A stretch of DNA of 64,000 nt. Source: Mercenaria mercenaria. Lineage: Eukaryota. The translations under genes were made by a program, and so were the position numbers. Positions 49,061 to 61,196 of this stretch are shown here, piece after piece (the stretch's first letter is position 1; the number at the start of each line of letters is the position of its first letter). Location of the stretch: assembly GCF_021730395.1 (NCBI RefSeq), contig NC_069372.1, positions 64,220,221 to 64,284,220 of the forward strand, written 5' to 3'. Under the pieces are notes generated by a model, which did not search any database, was not told the DNA's origin, and saw only the letters and a list, made by a program, of their open reading frames with translations.

Positions 49061-50899
49061 GACCAGTATAAACATATAATACCTTATTGTATATATAGGT
49101 CTGTCTTTTGCTTTATTTTATAAGTTGTTGTATTATTATACATTTACGCATGCAAGAGGTAATGACTTCTACATTTGATAACTCGTCGTTAAAGCTGGCC
49201 TAACTCTTACTACTACTAGGTATGATTATTTTCTGCTGTTTTACTTTGTAAAACTTTAACATACTGAGTGTTGAAGCATTTGTCATGCAAACAATGTCTT
49301 CTTCATTTTGTCTGAAGTAAATATGTACATGTACTTCTGTGAAAAATTACTTATAAATATTAAGCATATTATATAAATGCATAATACATAGCAATTACCT
49401 CAGATCTTGCTGGGGATGCAAATTTTGAAGGTATGTGATAAAGCATTCCAGAATTTAGAGCCCTATTTGAAAAACGGGAACATTACTCCTGCATTGAAGA
49501 TATTTCAGTTACATTGTGATAAGTTGTAACACCATGACAAAATTATCTATGTCATACATTTAGCTCAGACTCAGCTATTTGAAATATAACTAGAGCTACT
49601 CTACTAACAACTGCATTTACTGACGTAATTTATTGGACTAAAACTTCACTTTTCCCTACTTAGAAAATTTGGTGAATGTTTTGCATGCAACAGTGGAGCT
49701 GTATCACAGTTACAGTATATTTGGATTACACATATTTTATTTAAATTTAGCGAAATGGTTTACAGAATACATATACAATCAACAAAATTCTCAAAAACGC
49801 TTAGGATAGGATCGAAAGCCTAAGGCTTATATAGATCTTTTCCTGTAAGTTACAGTATATTTGATTAAATCATCTTACTCATCAAACATCCTTACATACC
49901 CAAGTTAGAAAATTAATTCAAATTATTGCCCTTGTTTGACTTCAGAATTCAGTTGCCATAAAAAAATTTAAATTCGTAATATATTGTAACACAGTTATGT
50001 AAGTCTTATCAAGTTGTGGTCCTTGTTTGACATAGAAGCTGTAGGATGGTCAAGCGTTGTGTCTTATGAACAGCATTTGTGGCAGCTAGTAGGGCTTATG
50101 AGATTTCAATATGTTAACACATACATTTATAAAACTGCATCATTTTACTACAGTATGCAGTAAATTTTTAACAAATGAGAGGATGGTCATAGTTTGAAAC
50201 TTAAGAAAAAATATGATGAATGGTCACCTTGGCACAAAACTGCTGTATCTGCTCCTTAATTTATATACAGTTACATTGTTATTATAGTTCCACACTGAGA
50301 CAGTGAGCGCGACTGCTACTCGCGTTTTAAATATTAACACTGAATTTGACTGAACCCACACTTTATAATTTTCCTCAGCCTTAACAGTAAACTGAGATAA
50401 TGTAAGTTTATAACCACAGGTTCTGGACGTAAAATTAATTTTCAGTGCTAGATGGCAGTCATCGAAGGTCAGATTAATAATTGACTTATAAGCCCATGGG
50501 TTTGGTGTTTCTTGTTTGAATTTGAATTAATTTGATGTTGATATTGTAAATCACATGTCACTGTAATAAAAAAGATACTTTACTTACTTACCGTATTAGT
50601 TTAATGACAGATATTGGTATTTTGCTGTCAGGATGAAAAGTAATTGTTCTTTGCAGATAAAGCCACACATACTGATAGCCACACATAGTAATAAAAACGT
50701 TTTGCCTAAATGTCATGTTGTTACTATTTTGCAGCCTGACTGGAAAAAAAGACGTTGTTGTTGTTGTTGTTGTATGGAATGTTGAAAAATATGAAACCCA
50801 CAATGTTGTTTTATTTGGTTGTTTTTGTATTAGCAAGACATTTTTACAACAAAATATTTTATGTGCACTTGATGTCTTTAGGGACCCATGTGGCTCTGG

Positions 50900-51075
50900 G
50901 ACGATCTATGGTTTTGCTGTAATTCTGTGATTCCAGCAGGTATGCAGATTTTGATTCCATACCTCATGTTTTTATTTCGATGTAAATGAGATGTGAAACC
51001 AAAACTTGTAGTCCTGTTTGGCGCCATATAACCTATACTGTGTTGGTGCGCCGTAAAACCCAAATAAATAAATAA
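50900..51075 (+). mobile_element. SINE 3' fragment (family 2: ...ggtgcgccgtaaaacccaaat + (AAAT)n tail)
   Basis: Tail motif shared with 53520..53570 (tcgccgtaaaacccaact + (CTCA)n). Confidence 0.45.
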
Positions 51076-51689
51076 ATGATTTCTTTAGGAGTATTTTGTC
51101 TCCAGAATTGCAAGGGATTTATATACATGTATTATATTTTATTTAGCATAATATTATAACATTACTTACAGACTACGTTTTTATCTAAATATAGCTAACA
51201 TTTCTGTGTTATTTGACAATTTAAGTGAAAGGATTCTGATGTTAAACTGTATTTTCCATCTTGTGTGTGAAGTAAAATAGTAAAAAGTAGTTTTAGTTTC
51301 AAGTTTCTTTAGTTTCTAGTGGGTCATATATGAAACAGACAAAGGATAGAGCAGAGCTGGCTGAAAAAAAACTACATAAGAAATTTAAAATTACCAGACT
51401 GAGTTAAGAAGTAATTGGAATTTAATGATATCGGTGCAAACATCCAGACATCCGGCTCCCACACTGTCAGCTGCTGTTTCCTTGAGATACATATGGTTTC
51501 AGGGACCATAGTACCAGTCCTTCATTCAGTAGTCCGCACTTTTGTGTCTGGTGCATTGCTCTGCCTTTCATTAAGGGATGATATGTAAGTAGTTGATGTG
51601 TTATGGCAAAACCCTCAGCCTTAGCTTAAAGGTCAAGGTCATGCTTGGAGGTCAAAGGTCGACAAGTTCATCTGTATCTGTATGTTTTA

Positions 51690-52380
51690 CAGTGTAGGGC
51701 CTGTTACAGCTTCGCACACTGGAGGGAGGCGCTTAATCGTGAAGGAGGGCAGACTTGAAGCCCTCTGTTGTCTCTGCGCGGACCACCTTATCGTCCAGAT
51801 GGTTCCATTCAATTATAGTTTTCACAAAAAAAAAGAGTTTTTCAACTGCTCAGATTTACAATGCTTAACACTAAACCCTCTGGTATTGTTAATTACTTGG
51901 TTTTCAACAATGTTTGACACATGGAAGTCACTATATGATTTTGCTCTGATTTGTCTTTTACGAGTTACAGTTTGTAGGTAATCCGAAGGGTGTATAGCTG
52001 GCACCAGACCCCCGGCCACTTTGTAGAGAAATACAAGTCGACTGGTTCTTCTACGATCCTGGAGTGGAGTTAGTTTGAGAGATTCCAACATGTTTGTGAC
52101 CGATCCTTTTTCTCTAGACCTGTAGTCGCCGGTAATAAATCTCGCTGCCTGACGTTGGATACGTTCTAACTTATTAATATCGCCTTCTAAGTAAGGGTCC
52201 CAAATGATAGCACTATATTCGAGAGTTGATCGTATTAAAGCTAAGTAGGCACTTTTTCTGCATTCTGATGGACTGTGGCAAATGTTTCTACGGAGTAGAG
52301 CTAAGGTCGAATTTGCCTTTTTTGTAATTTTATTAATGTGTTTAGTCCATGTTTATTTTTCTGTCTGCTCCATAACTCAA
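51690..52380 (-). mobile_element. Non-LTR retrotransposon 3' fragment (minus strand; ...AIIWDPYLEGDINKLERIQRQARFITGDYRSREKGSVTNMLESLKLTPLQDRRRTSRLVFLYKVAGGLVPAI...)
   Basis: ORF 51822..52091 plus hand translation upstream. Colinear with the C-terminal domain of the 30055 copy. Flanked by aggtcaaggtcac-type repeats at 51620..51660 and 52440..52500. Confidence 0.7.
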
Positions 52381-53399
52381 CCGTTCATCAGGGGGTTTTA
52401 ATAAATGTTCCCAATAATGAGACGATATGCTTTGCGAAGGTCCCAGTCCCCAGGTCAAAGGTCAAGGTCACACATGGAGGTCAAAAGTTGACATGTTTTA
52501 ACAGGATCTGTTTTATATCTGGTCCAGAACTCTGCCAGTCATCAAAGGATAGCACAAAAGTTATCCATAATTAGGCAACATGTATGTAAAAGCCAGTCCC
52601 AGTCTAATCACATGTGGAAGTCAAAGATCAAAAGGTTTTTCCCCTGTCCGCATCATTGCGCAACCATCTATCCAAGGAATTTAATATTACCTTGCAGATT
52701 TTTTTCCATAACTAAACACCTTGTCATATACAACACACAGTCCATGAGGTCAAAGGTCACGGTCACACTTGTGAGGTCAAATCTTTTAAGTTCCTTAGTC
52801 TTGTCTTGTCATTAACTTTGTTATTTGATATACAAATAATTAGGCACAAACATTCACCATAACAAGACAATATGTCTTGTGGAACACCAAGACCACTAGC
52901 TCAAAGATCAATGTCGCCCATGGAGGTCCTGTTAACTGTGTCCCGTTTTGACATGTTACCTCATTAAGTTATGTTGCTGTTGAGATAATGTGTCCCCTTC
53001 GGGTAGGGGATACTGTACTGAAAGGCAACGTTTCTTATATACTTGTTTTCACGGGGACCACACAACTAAACAAGGCACTTCAAAATAATGTTGAAAATAC
53101 AGACACTTCCCACAAATAGATTAAAAGTAGGTTCAGCTCCTTATCTTTATAGATCCAACAAAAGCAGGAATATGACAAAGAAGGAGGCTTTCTGTCATAT
53201 ATGTTCAAGGCTAGAGTATCTTCATGCGGTGAGATCAATGGTGTAATAGTAAATAATATATATTCTAATCCCATGAAGGATGGCAAATTGTAACTTTACC
53301 TCTAATCACTTCTATGAGAAAATACTAGTTATTCTGACACACCGTTTGAACAAGTCAACTTTTGTATTTCTTCATTTATTGATTATAACACTAATGTTT

Positions 53400-53580
53400 T
53401 GTGCCAGAACTTTAATAAATGAATAAGGTGTCGGCCGGTCAATCCAGGGGTCATGGGTTCGAGCCTCACTGAGGTCACGACAATGACTTCTAATATGACA
53501 TCTCGGCGATATATGACCATTTGTGTCGATTCGCCGTAAAACCCAACTCACTCACTCACTCTAATATGACACCAGTACTG
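53400..53580 (+). mobile_element. tRNA-derived SINE (family 2): GGGTTCGAGCCTCACTG B-box-like, tail tcgccgtaaaacccaact(cactcactcactc)
   Basis: Seen directly. Related tail at 51040..51075. Confidence 0.5.
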
Positions 53581-53955
53581 GTTTTTCCAGGAAGCGGACT
53601 CGAGAGTGGTTCCAATAAGCTTGAAGCTTTCATCACAATCGAGCTAAAACAAAACAAATTCGTATACACTAAATTTATGCGCAATAAAACTCGGCAAAAC
53701 AAATAATTTCTATCGGTATACGTATACAAAAATAAAATGTAGTGAAAATTACCATTTTATATAACATTGCATGACAAAAAGACAATATGTTTTAATTGCC
53801 CCTCCTTGTATAACTGATGTTGTTCTTTAATAATCATAATGTCATTCTCTTTTAATTAATTGTGTATTGTGTGGATGTTATGTATACGTGTGACTTTGAT
53901 ATATGATATTTTTGTTTAAGGATGAAGAGCGTAAGCTAACGTCTAAAAAAGATTT

Positions 53956-54190
53956 GAGCCGTGCCATGAGAAAACCAACATAATGGGTGTGCGACCAGCA
54001 AGGATCCAGACCAGCCTGCGCATCCGCGCAGTCTGGTCAGGATCCATGCTGTTCGCTTTTAAAGCCTATTGGAATTGGAGAAACTGTTAGCGAACAGCAT
54101 GGATCCTGACCAGACTGCGCGGATGCGCAGGCTGGTCTGGATCCATGCTGGTCGCACACCCACTATGTTGGTTTTCCCATGGCACGGCTC
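53956..54190. mobile_element. Palindromic hairpin MITE, copy 2. Arms are near-identical to copy 1 (4324..4557). The central loop is the reverse complement of the copy-1 loop.
   Basis: Arms ggatccagaccagcctgcgcatccgcgcagtctggtcaggatccatgctg present in both copies. Loop gcttttaaagcctattggaattggagaaactgttagc is the reverse complement of gctaacggtttctctaattgcaataggctttgaaagc. Confidence 0.85.
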
Positions 54191-54587
54191 ATTTGTTCTC
54201 ATCAGTGTTTGTTGTTCTGTATAATTAAGCGGTGTATAAGTAAGTGCTTGCCTTTGGCCTGAACTAAAGAGAGTAGTAACACACACAACATGATCATAGG
54301 CAGTATTTCGGTCTTTTTTTCACACCAGTAAAATGATTTACCTTCACCATTTACGCTGAAGTGTCTTGCACTGCAAAGTATGATACAAAATAGTATCCCA
54401 ATTTTCCTGAAAGATCTTCAGTGGCCGTCTCCTAACTTTAAAGTTTGTTATCTCACATGCTTTGTGATAAAATGGGAAAAGAAAAGAAAATGTTTGGGTA
54501 ATCAATTTAATCTTTATTTAAGTCATCTTTTAATGTAAACATTTATTACAGCTTTTAATTACAATGTTATTGTAGCCACACAGAGTT

Positions 54588-54809
54588 CTAGGGTTTAAGT
54601 TTCCACACACGAATATAATCAACCTGCATCGCAGCGTCTTCTCCATTATTTTTGTCCGCTTGCCACGTTGGATACCACTGACCACGTGCATTCCAGAAAT
54701 CACGTGCTGTGAATTCTGACTTATCGTTCCATGGTTTTCCTGTAGGACTGACAAATTTATCGGGGAAAAATCCCGTTCCTCCAATAGCAACGTTCATTAT
54801 CAGGAAAAA
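54588..54809 (-). CDS. GH16 beta-1,3-glucanase / LGBP-like gene, exon 12 (last): FFLIMNVAIGGTGFFPDKFVSPTGKPWNDKSEFTARDFWNARGQWYPTWQADKNNGEDAAMQVDYIRVWKLKP*
   Basis: C-terminal motifs of invertebrate GH16 glucanases (NVAVGG.GFFPD, KPW, DFW, W.PTW, QVDY[IV]RV). Minus-strand acceptor ctttttcag|ttt. Confidence 0.85.
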   Translation of the reverse strand, partial: FFLIMNVAIGGTGFFPDKFVSPTGKPWNDKSEFTARDFWNARGQWYPTWQADKNNGEDAAMQVDYIRVWKLKP

Positions 54810-55439
54810 CTGAAAAAGAAAATATTTTCACATCGGAATTTCAAAAGAATTGCCACTGGTGTTTTAACTTATCTTAATATATCGCTTACTCGACACTTTT
54901 CTTTAAACTATAATGATACGAGTTTGATTAAAAAAGTTGCTATCGATTTACATTTTAATTCTGCCCCATTTGAAATATTGAGACTGAAACACGCAGTGAA
55001 AGCGCATAAATATAAAAAAGTTTTGCTACACAGAACATCATAATCTATCTAACTGGTCTAATAAGCGCCCGATCCTAGACTTGACAAAATTATTCGAAGG
55101 GTTGAAAACCATGACACCAGCATTAAAACCTGTCACAAAACTCACATATCTGGTCGAGTGTTTTTCAGAACACTCGAAGCTGACCAGTTGCAATCTAAAG
55201 CTCTATTTCATATGCAGTGCAAAGTAAAGTTTATGTCGGAATCCAACAGAATTTTACAAGAACTTTGACAGTCGCTGGCTTGAGCCTGATGGGTGTAGAT
55301 GTAGTATGAGTCATACAGTAAACATAAAGTCGTGTTAACAAGAAGATCACGTTAACGCACTTGTTTCATATATTTGCACGACATAAGGCATATTTCAACC
55401 CTATAATGCATAACTAAAACAAGTTTATTTTTAAAAAAA

Positions 55440-55550
55440 CGCATATATAAAACAAGTTTGATAATCGCATAACTAAAACAAGTTTGATAAACGCATAACT
55501 AAAACAAGTTTGATAGGCTTAAATAAAACAAGTTTGATAGGCTTAAATAG
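55440..55550. repeat. 4 x 23-bp tandem (gcataactaaaacaagtttgata) in intron 11 of the GH16 gene
   Basis: Seen directly. Confidence 0.85.
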
Positions 55551-55701
55551 AAAAGCGTTAACACATGTTTGTTTCCTGTTACAGCGTCGGGATTCGTTGG
55601 TGCCCTTGCCCAAACGGACTCAGACACCAACCAGACTCTGGGGATTTTACAGGATATTACAACACGAGAAAATGTGCGTTATCCGTGCAATATAGCCCAA
55701 C

Positions 55702-55834
55702 CTCTTTATCAAAAGGCGCCATTTTAGTACCAGCAGCCCAGGGATTTTCAACACCATCCTTGTCCAGCTCGCCGTACTCCCACATGTTTGTCTGTGGTGT
55801 TACATTCAGGACCTCCGTATCGTCGATTGAAATA
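55702..55834 (-). CDS. GH16 gene exon 11: (S)ISIDDTEVLNVTPQTNMWEYGELDKDGVENPWAAGTKMAPFDKE
   Basis: I.F.VD...V.P...NPW....MAPFD.EF pattern. Acceptor ggtttacag|t, donor gag|gttggg (moderate). Confidence 0.75.
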
Positions 55835-56274
55835 CTGTAAACCACAAACAGATATAATTCATGATTATAATAAGTGTATGCATATTATACGTGCACATTT
55901 GATTGTAACATTTTCAAATTGCAAAATCTATTCTTGAAGGATGGCAAATTGTAACTTTACCTCTAATCTTGGTATCAAACTTTGATAAAAATCTAAGAAG
56001 TGGATCATCACGCCAGAAGACTAAGTTTTCGTTCACATTTCTTTAAAATTTAGCACTCTTAAAATTCTTCTTTTTTCCTGTTGAAGAATTGAATAAATTC
56101 ATGTGCATTTGGTGTTTGCTGAAATATATGGCGGAAATTTGAATTTTTTTTTTGCGACGTTCAAAAACGTTTTAAACAGATTTTTTTTTGTCAAGTAATT
56201 GACATTTATAAAGAATGAACGTTTTTGACCTGGCTATGAGCAGAAGTTTAAAAACTTTGCGAAGCGCACTATAC

Positions 56275-56346
56275 CTGATATGATCTTCGTCCCAGATGAG
56301 AACGTATTTATGGAATGAATCTCCGTACGTGCCAGAGGACGCCAAC
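56275..56346 (-). CDS. GH16 gene exon 10: (K)LASSGTYGDSFHKYVLIWDEDHI
   Basis: FH.Y.L.W..D.I motif. Acceptor cacacacag|g, donor tcag|gtatag. Phases match the neighbouring exons. Confidence 0.75.
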
Positions 56347-56849
56347 CTGTGTGTGATACACAACAGAAAAAACTTCTTAAACAGAAAAATTGACTATTTG
56401 TACATGTTCCCAGGTTTGAAAAGATCATTGATTCATTTCATTGTTGTAAGGTGACGCCGTTACAATTCAGTTCATATAGAGACTTTCCAGCTTTCACGGA
56501 GAACGAAGGCCACAGTAATCTATCTTGGCAGTACGGCACTTGAATTTAACAAACTTCCACAAGAAAGCGTTATACACTTTAGACTGTGTCCGTGTTCAAA
56601 GCAGTGAGTATGTTCGATGCATGAGCTTACATTACACACTTGGTCAAAGACGTCTTCATTTTGATTCATGATATGACATCTTGAATATCTTTCTGATTCA
56701 ATAACTTGACTAATTCATTCAGATAGAATTCATAGTCGAGTAGTTGTTCGAGAAAGTTGAAAGAAAACAAGAGAATGTGTTGTTACAAAATGATTTCTTT
56801 ATCAGTCAAAGTAATTGGGGGAGTGGGGGTACGGAGGGGGTGGGGGTGG

Positions 56850-57100
56850 GGAGGGCTCAATGACCGGGCGTTAAGGTCGCTGGCTAAAAATAATTGCCCA
56901 TCACCATGCAATGTCGGTTCGAGCCTCGTTTGGGGTGAGTTCTTCATGTGAAGACGGTGAAGGTCGGTGTTTCTACCCAGGTGTCAACCAGTGATAAAAT
57001 AATGCACAGAGGGGCACCTGCGTCTTCCTCTGCCGTCAAAAGCTGGAAAGTCGCCATATGACCTATAATTGTGTCGGTGTACCATTAAACCATTCAAAGT
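56850..57100 (+). mobile_element. tRNA-derived SINE (family 1, + orientation; GGTTCGAGCCTCG box; body shared with 43071 and 38660 copies) in intron 9 of the GH16 gene
   Basis: Alignment by eye. Confidence 0.55.
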
Positions 57101-57339
57101 AATTAGGATTAGTTCGGAGTCAACGATAATGGTAAAGTGCACAAATACAAAATAAACTAGAGCTGCTTTTGAGGAAAGCGCCTGTCTCCCACAACTGCAG
57201 TAAGTCTGCCTTTATATACTGTTTACTCACAGAAAATATACCTTTGGTAAGTTTTGGAGTAAATGGCGTTAAATAGTTTTGAAGTAAGTTTTGGAATAAG
57301 CGGCCTATCGGTAAGTTCTTGAGTAGCGGCCTATCGGTA

Positions 57340-57550
57340 ATTCAAGGGCCATAATTCTGAAGTGCCTTAGCTGATTTGGCTAGTTATCGAACTTGACCGA
57401 GGACTTATTGGCAAACACATTTTGTTAAAGATTGGTGAAGATCGGATGAGAACTATTGACTAAGAGCGCGGACAAGATTTGTGACAGACGGACATGCAGA
57501 CAAGAGTAAATCAATATGTCTCCCACACCACTGTTTGGTGGGAGACATAA
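57340..57550. mobile_element. Repeat module ending in (CA)-poor variant + hairpin terminus atgtctcccacaccactgtttggtgggagacat. Same module as 11690..11960.
   Basis: ggccataattctgaagtgccttagctgatttggctagttatcgaacttgaccgaggacttattggcaaacacattttgtt...gatcggatgagaa shared with 11560..11960. Confidence 0.7.
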
Positions 57551-57624
57551 TGATAACAGTATTATCATAATAATATGGGAAGGGGGTTGTTTAAGGCATG
57601 AACAACCAAAACGCAAAACTATAC

Positions 57625-57742
57625 TTTTCTCCGTGCGCCTTCGGCCATTTGTTGTGCCAGAAATCTGATCCAAAGTGCAGAGTACTGCCAGCATTGTCTA
57701 TGCCTTGTGAATGTCCCTTGTCGTCTTGGTACTGACGGTTGC
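57625..57742 (-). CDS. GH16 gene exon 9: (G)NRQYQDDKGHSQGIDNAGSTLHFGSDFWHNKWPKAHGEK
   Basis: RGN...STLH[WF]G motif. Acceptor ttaccag|gc, donor aaaa|gtatag. Confidence 0.75.
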
Positions 57743-57864
57743 CTGGTAACGAAATAATGCATATTTGCGTTAAACTGAAAATGATCGCCAAGCGCGTTAC
57801 TTGTAAAATTCAATCTTAAAGGGTTTTAAAAATGTTTAAAGTCATAAATAACTTATCAACTCAC

Positions 57865-57942
57865 CTCTGGCCTCAACGATGTCAATTTCTCCGGAAGCTG
57901 GCCATCTTCCATAAGCGTTTCTTAAGGGCAACATCCAGATAG
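57865..57942 (-). CDS. GH16 gene exon 8 (catalytic): AIWMLPLRNAYGRWPASGEIDIVEAR(G)
   Basis: GH16 active-site motif E-I-D-I-[VM]-E with both glutamates present. Acceptor tttcccag|ct, donor agag|gtgagt. Confidence 0.9.
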
Positions 57943-58755
57943 CTGGGAAAGACAAGGAATATAATGCAGGACCTATATGACTATGTATTTATTTTTAATT
58001 TAACAAAACAACGTAAAGGCTTTTTGAGCATACTAAAACATACAATACTTAACCTTCATTTACGCAAAACTGTCACTTTTATGATTTCAAAAAATCAATT
58101 CAGAAAACATGATGATGTTACAGTCATATTTTGCTGTAAACAAGCGTGTAGTTTATAGTTGCTGGGATAGCAAAATAGTACGAAGTTTTCAGGCATAACT
58201 TTAGAAGTTTTAGTTTGACAAGGTCCAAACCGAACTACTTTTATTTTGTTTGTGTTAAGGTTCGTGTCCATGCAGCGTCGAAATTGCAACTACGAATAAA
58301 GTAATATTCAAAATACTTTTAAAACCATATTTTTTGTCATTCTCAGGCTCTCTTACTGCCTCTTCACGAGTACTAATAATGATCAAAATGAAAGATGAAG
58401 GTACATTTGTAGTAGGGTGGAGTATAAGTGTGCACTTATACTTCATTGCTATTTCAGTCTGCTACGTTTGGCGTCCAACGTTAATAACTCACTAGTATAT
58501 ATGAATGAATACTTTAGAACTCCTGCAATTTCAGGTCGAATTCTAAACTTGAGGGGGTTATGCAGTAGGATGCACTTATACTTCCTTGCTTTTGAGCTAG
58601 CTTTTATAGCGACGTAGTAGAGTGTCCGCCTTAGGTGTGAAAGGGCTCGGCATGGCTGAAGTATTTTCAGTCAGTTACACAACGACAGTGATATGTTGTT
58701 TGCTTGTAATTTACAGATTAAAACTTAGTGAATTACAAACTATTTGGTTTACTAC

Positions 58756-58938
58756 CTGGCCAGATCCAGTCTCCTGTGGGCATTTTAGCGCGAACTTCCA
58801 CTTTGCCGTATTTGAAGTTAAAGCCACGTGAACTGCGGAGTCGGGCCGACTGAATAGGGTTGATAATATGATCTGGTGTCCCGTCTCGCTTGCAGCCCCA
58901 GAAATTATTTCCTGTGCACACATCACCTGGTTGTGATC
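58756..58938 (-). CDS. GH16 gene exon 7: (G)SQPGDVCTGNNFWGCKRDGTPDHIINPIQSARLRSSRGFNFKYGKVEVRAKMPTGDWIWP
   Basis: CT....[FY]GC.R.G....I.NP..SARL ... YG..E.RAK.P.GDW.WPA pattern. Acceptor tttcctttcag|ga, donor ccag|gtagta. Confidence 0.85.
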
Positions 58939-59196
58939 CTGAAAGGAAACGATTTTTCAAAACATATTATTTTAGCAAAATACCTGTCGACTGCATGATA
59001 AAAATGCTCGATTTTTAAAACTACTCAGTTTTTTCATTGGATTGCAAATAGAAATGCTGATCATGCGGCATCATTTAGAACTTGTTTTCGTCAAGACTCT
59101 CTACTTTAGTAAAGTTGCTGATATTACCAGTACACATAAATTCGAGGAAATGAAGACATGTCAAAAGGTTCTTGTAACAAATCAAATGTAACATAC

Positions 59197-59263
59197 CCCA
59201 TATATCTAAAGATCCTTTTGTCAAGCTATCCGGCCCGTCATTGATTGTCTCGATAGTAAATGT
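59197..59263 (-). CDS. GH16 gene exon 6: TFTIETINDGPDSLTKGSLDIW(G)
   Basis: Inferred because exon 5 ends in phase 0 and exon 7 needs one upstream base. Acceptor ttattcag|aca, donor tggg|gtatgt. The LDLW-type motif precedes the CT..FYGC segment in GH16 glucanases. Confidence 0.65.
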
Positions 59264-59478
59264 CTGAATAATAAATCATCGAAAACATATAAAACTGAAA
59301 ACAGCTTGAAAGCGTACAAGCCTACAAAGTTCTATGTTTTATCAAAACAATACACATGTAGTTTTCTGTTTGGACCAATACCGTTTTATACCGTTTAATT
59401 ATAATCGTTTAAATTATGTTATTAAGTTCGAAGTCTCGAGAATGCCAAATAATGGTTTATGAGCGTGAAACATCTTAC

Positions 59479-59553
59479 CGGTTTTATAAATAATTTCCCA
59501 TCTCGTACATAACTGTTGGTGCGATTGTTGGTATAATACTGAAATTCCCAGTT
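59479..59553 (-). CDS. GH16 gene exon 5: NWEFQYYTNNRTNSYVRDGKLFIKP
   Basis: GN.E.Q.YT...N..V.DG.L.I.P motif. Acceptor tctttcag|aac, donor ccg|gtaaga. Confidence 0.85.
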
Positions 59554-59977
59554 CTGAAAGACATAAAAATAACGCAGTCTTCTAAATGCAAAAGATATCT
59601 GAAGTATAAATTGTAGACCCATATAAGTTCTACGATTTTATATAATAGTTACTGTTTGTAGTCCAGTTTTTTATTATTTCAAGAGATCGGAGAAAAAATA
59701 ATGTATTTTCTCAATAATAAAAATAGAAAATGGTTTTTATATGTCAGTGTATGACTAGCATTTCTTTCAAAATTTAGGAATGATTTTTCACTACTTTTAA
59801 AGAATGGACTCACTAAAACTCGTATGATTTATTATTATAACAGCCATCCGTATCCAGATTTATTTCCAGCTTCAGTACCTTATGTTGCCATCAATTATTA
59901 GGAATTGTATTCACTTTGTATCTATAGAAAAATCTTTCATGTTTCTTTTCTGCAACAAATTTAAAGCAAAGTCTTAC

Positions 59978-60408
59978 CCCGCCGCCGCTTGCAGTTATCT
60001 CGTGTTCCCAAACATCCAAATTCAAAAAGTCAAAATTGTCCTCGAAAATCATACACGGGAAAGTCGTGCATGTTAATTCTGATCCAGGTGGTCGTATTGA
60101 TTTTCCAGTACAACCGCAAGATCCTCCTGATGAAGTCGCTGTTTGGCTTGACGTTCCTGATAGGACATTATTTTGGGTGTTTTGTGTGCCGGAAGTGCCT
60201 GACTGCGTACCGGAAGTTGCTGTTCCAGAGCCAGAAATCGCAGATCCTGACGTTGGCTGCGAACCTGAAGTCCCGGACGATGTCTGATTTAAACTGTTAT
60301 AGTACGCCTGCATGTTACTTAAAACAGGATTTGCGGTCTTTGCCGGTGCCTGTGTTTGAGCATGCGTGGTAGGTCTTGTAGTAGTAGTTGTTGTGGTTGT
60401 TGTTGGAT
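59978..60408 (-). CDS. GH16 gene exon 4: Thr/Ser/Gly-rich low-complexity linker (PTTTTTTTTTRPTTHAQTQAPAKTANPVLSNMQAYYNSLNQTSSGTSGSQPTSGSAISGSGTATSGTQSGTSGTQNTQNNVLSGTSSQTATSSGGSCGCTGKSIRPPGSELTCTTFPCMIFEDNFDFLNLDVWEHEITASGGG)
   Basis: Part of ORF 59891..60439. Acceptor ttacttgtctttgaag|at chosen by phase. Donor ggg|gtaaga. The exon ends with the FEDNFD...W.HE.T.GGG start of the GH16 domain. Confidence 0.8.
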
Positions 60409-61070
60409 CTTCAAAGACAAGTAATAACATTCTTGGCACAATTTGATAGTTACTTCCCTTTAATGATAGTTACCTCCCCGGTCAAAACTGACCGCTTTTT
60501 TCATTCAGAACGGTAAATGCTAAGAAATCCGGTAGAAATCTACCAAAAACTGTCATATATAACAAAGATACGAAAAAACCTAATTTGTCTGTAGGAATTT
60601 GCATCACGCAAAAGTTTTCAAGTGTCTGGTCCGGGTCTCAAAACAGAACCAGGTCCAGCTAGTTGTTGCATTTTGAAATTCCATTAGGTAAAAAGTCATC
60701 ATTTTATTTGGTTTTACAAAGAACATATAAAAGAAAATAGAGACTATGCTTAATAGTTATACGAGATTATTATGTATCTATTTAGATTCTGAAACGCATT
60801 CAATATGTGCCGTGTTGAAACAGAACAAACAAGATAAACGAAAACTTATATTTTGCACTAATACATGACTTAATTAAGCAGCCACATGCCTTAAGCAGCC
60901 TCGGTATGTTACTCATTGATTGTCTGTTTTGTTTTTATAAGTTGTGTTTTCTTCAAAATGGAAACTACATTACTGTGTGAATTATAAGTAGTATGAAAAT
61001 GTATTTCTATTATAAACGAACGTCGATTGCAAGATGGCCACTTTTCGCGTGGAAATTTACATGAACTTAC

Positions 61071-61196
61071 TGGAAGCGGTCCAAGACTGGTCTTTCACTA
61101 GGTGACCCTGTCCATTTTGTATGTAGTTAAACCAGTAGTTTACAGTGTCCCCGGGTTTCACAACAACATTTGGGTTCTCATGCACCCATTCGTTAC
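61071..61196 (-). CDS. GH16 gene exon 3: (G)NEWVHENPNVVVKPGDTVNYWFNYIQNGQGHLVKDQSWTAS
   Basis: Resembles the N-terminal beta-1,3-glucan-recognition domain (betaGRP-N / CBM39-like: GD.I.YW.Y...G.G). Acceptor ttacag|gt, donor tcca|gtaagt. Confidence 0.65.

Noticed and set aside
59989-60372. Plus-strand ORFs (127 aa and 83 aa) antisense to the GH16 linker exon
   Set aside because: Compositional artefact of the low-complexity ACC/AGT-rich coding strand. P/E/V runs without motifs.
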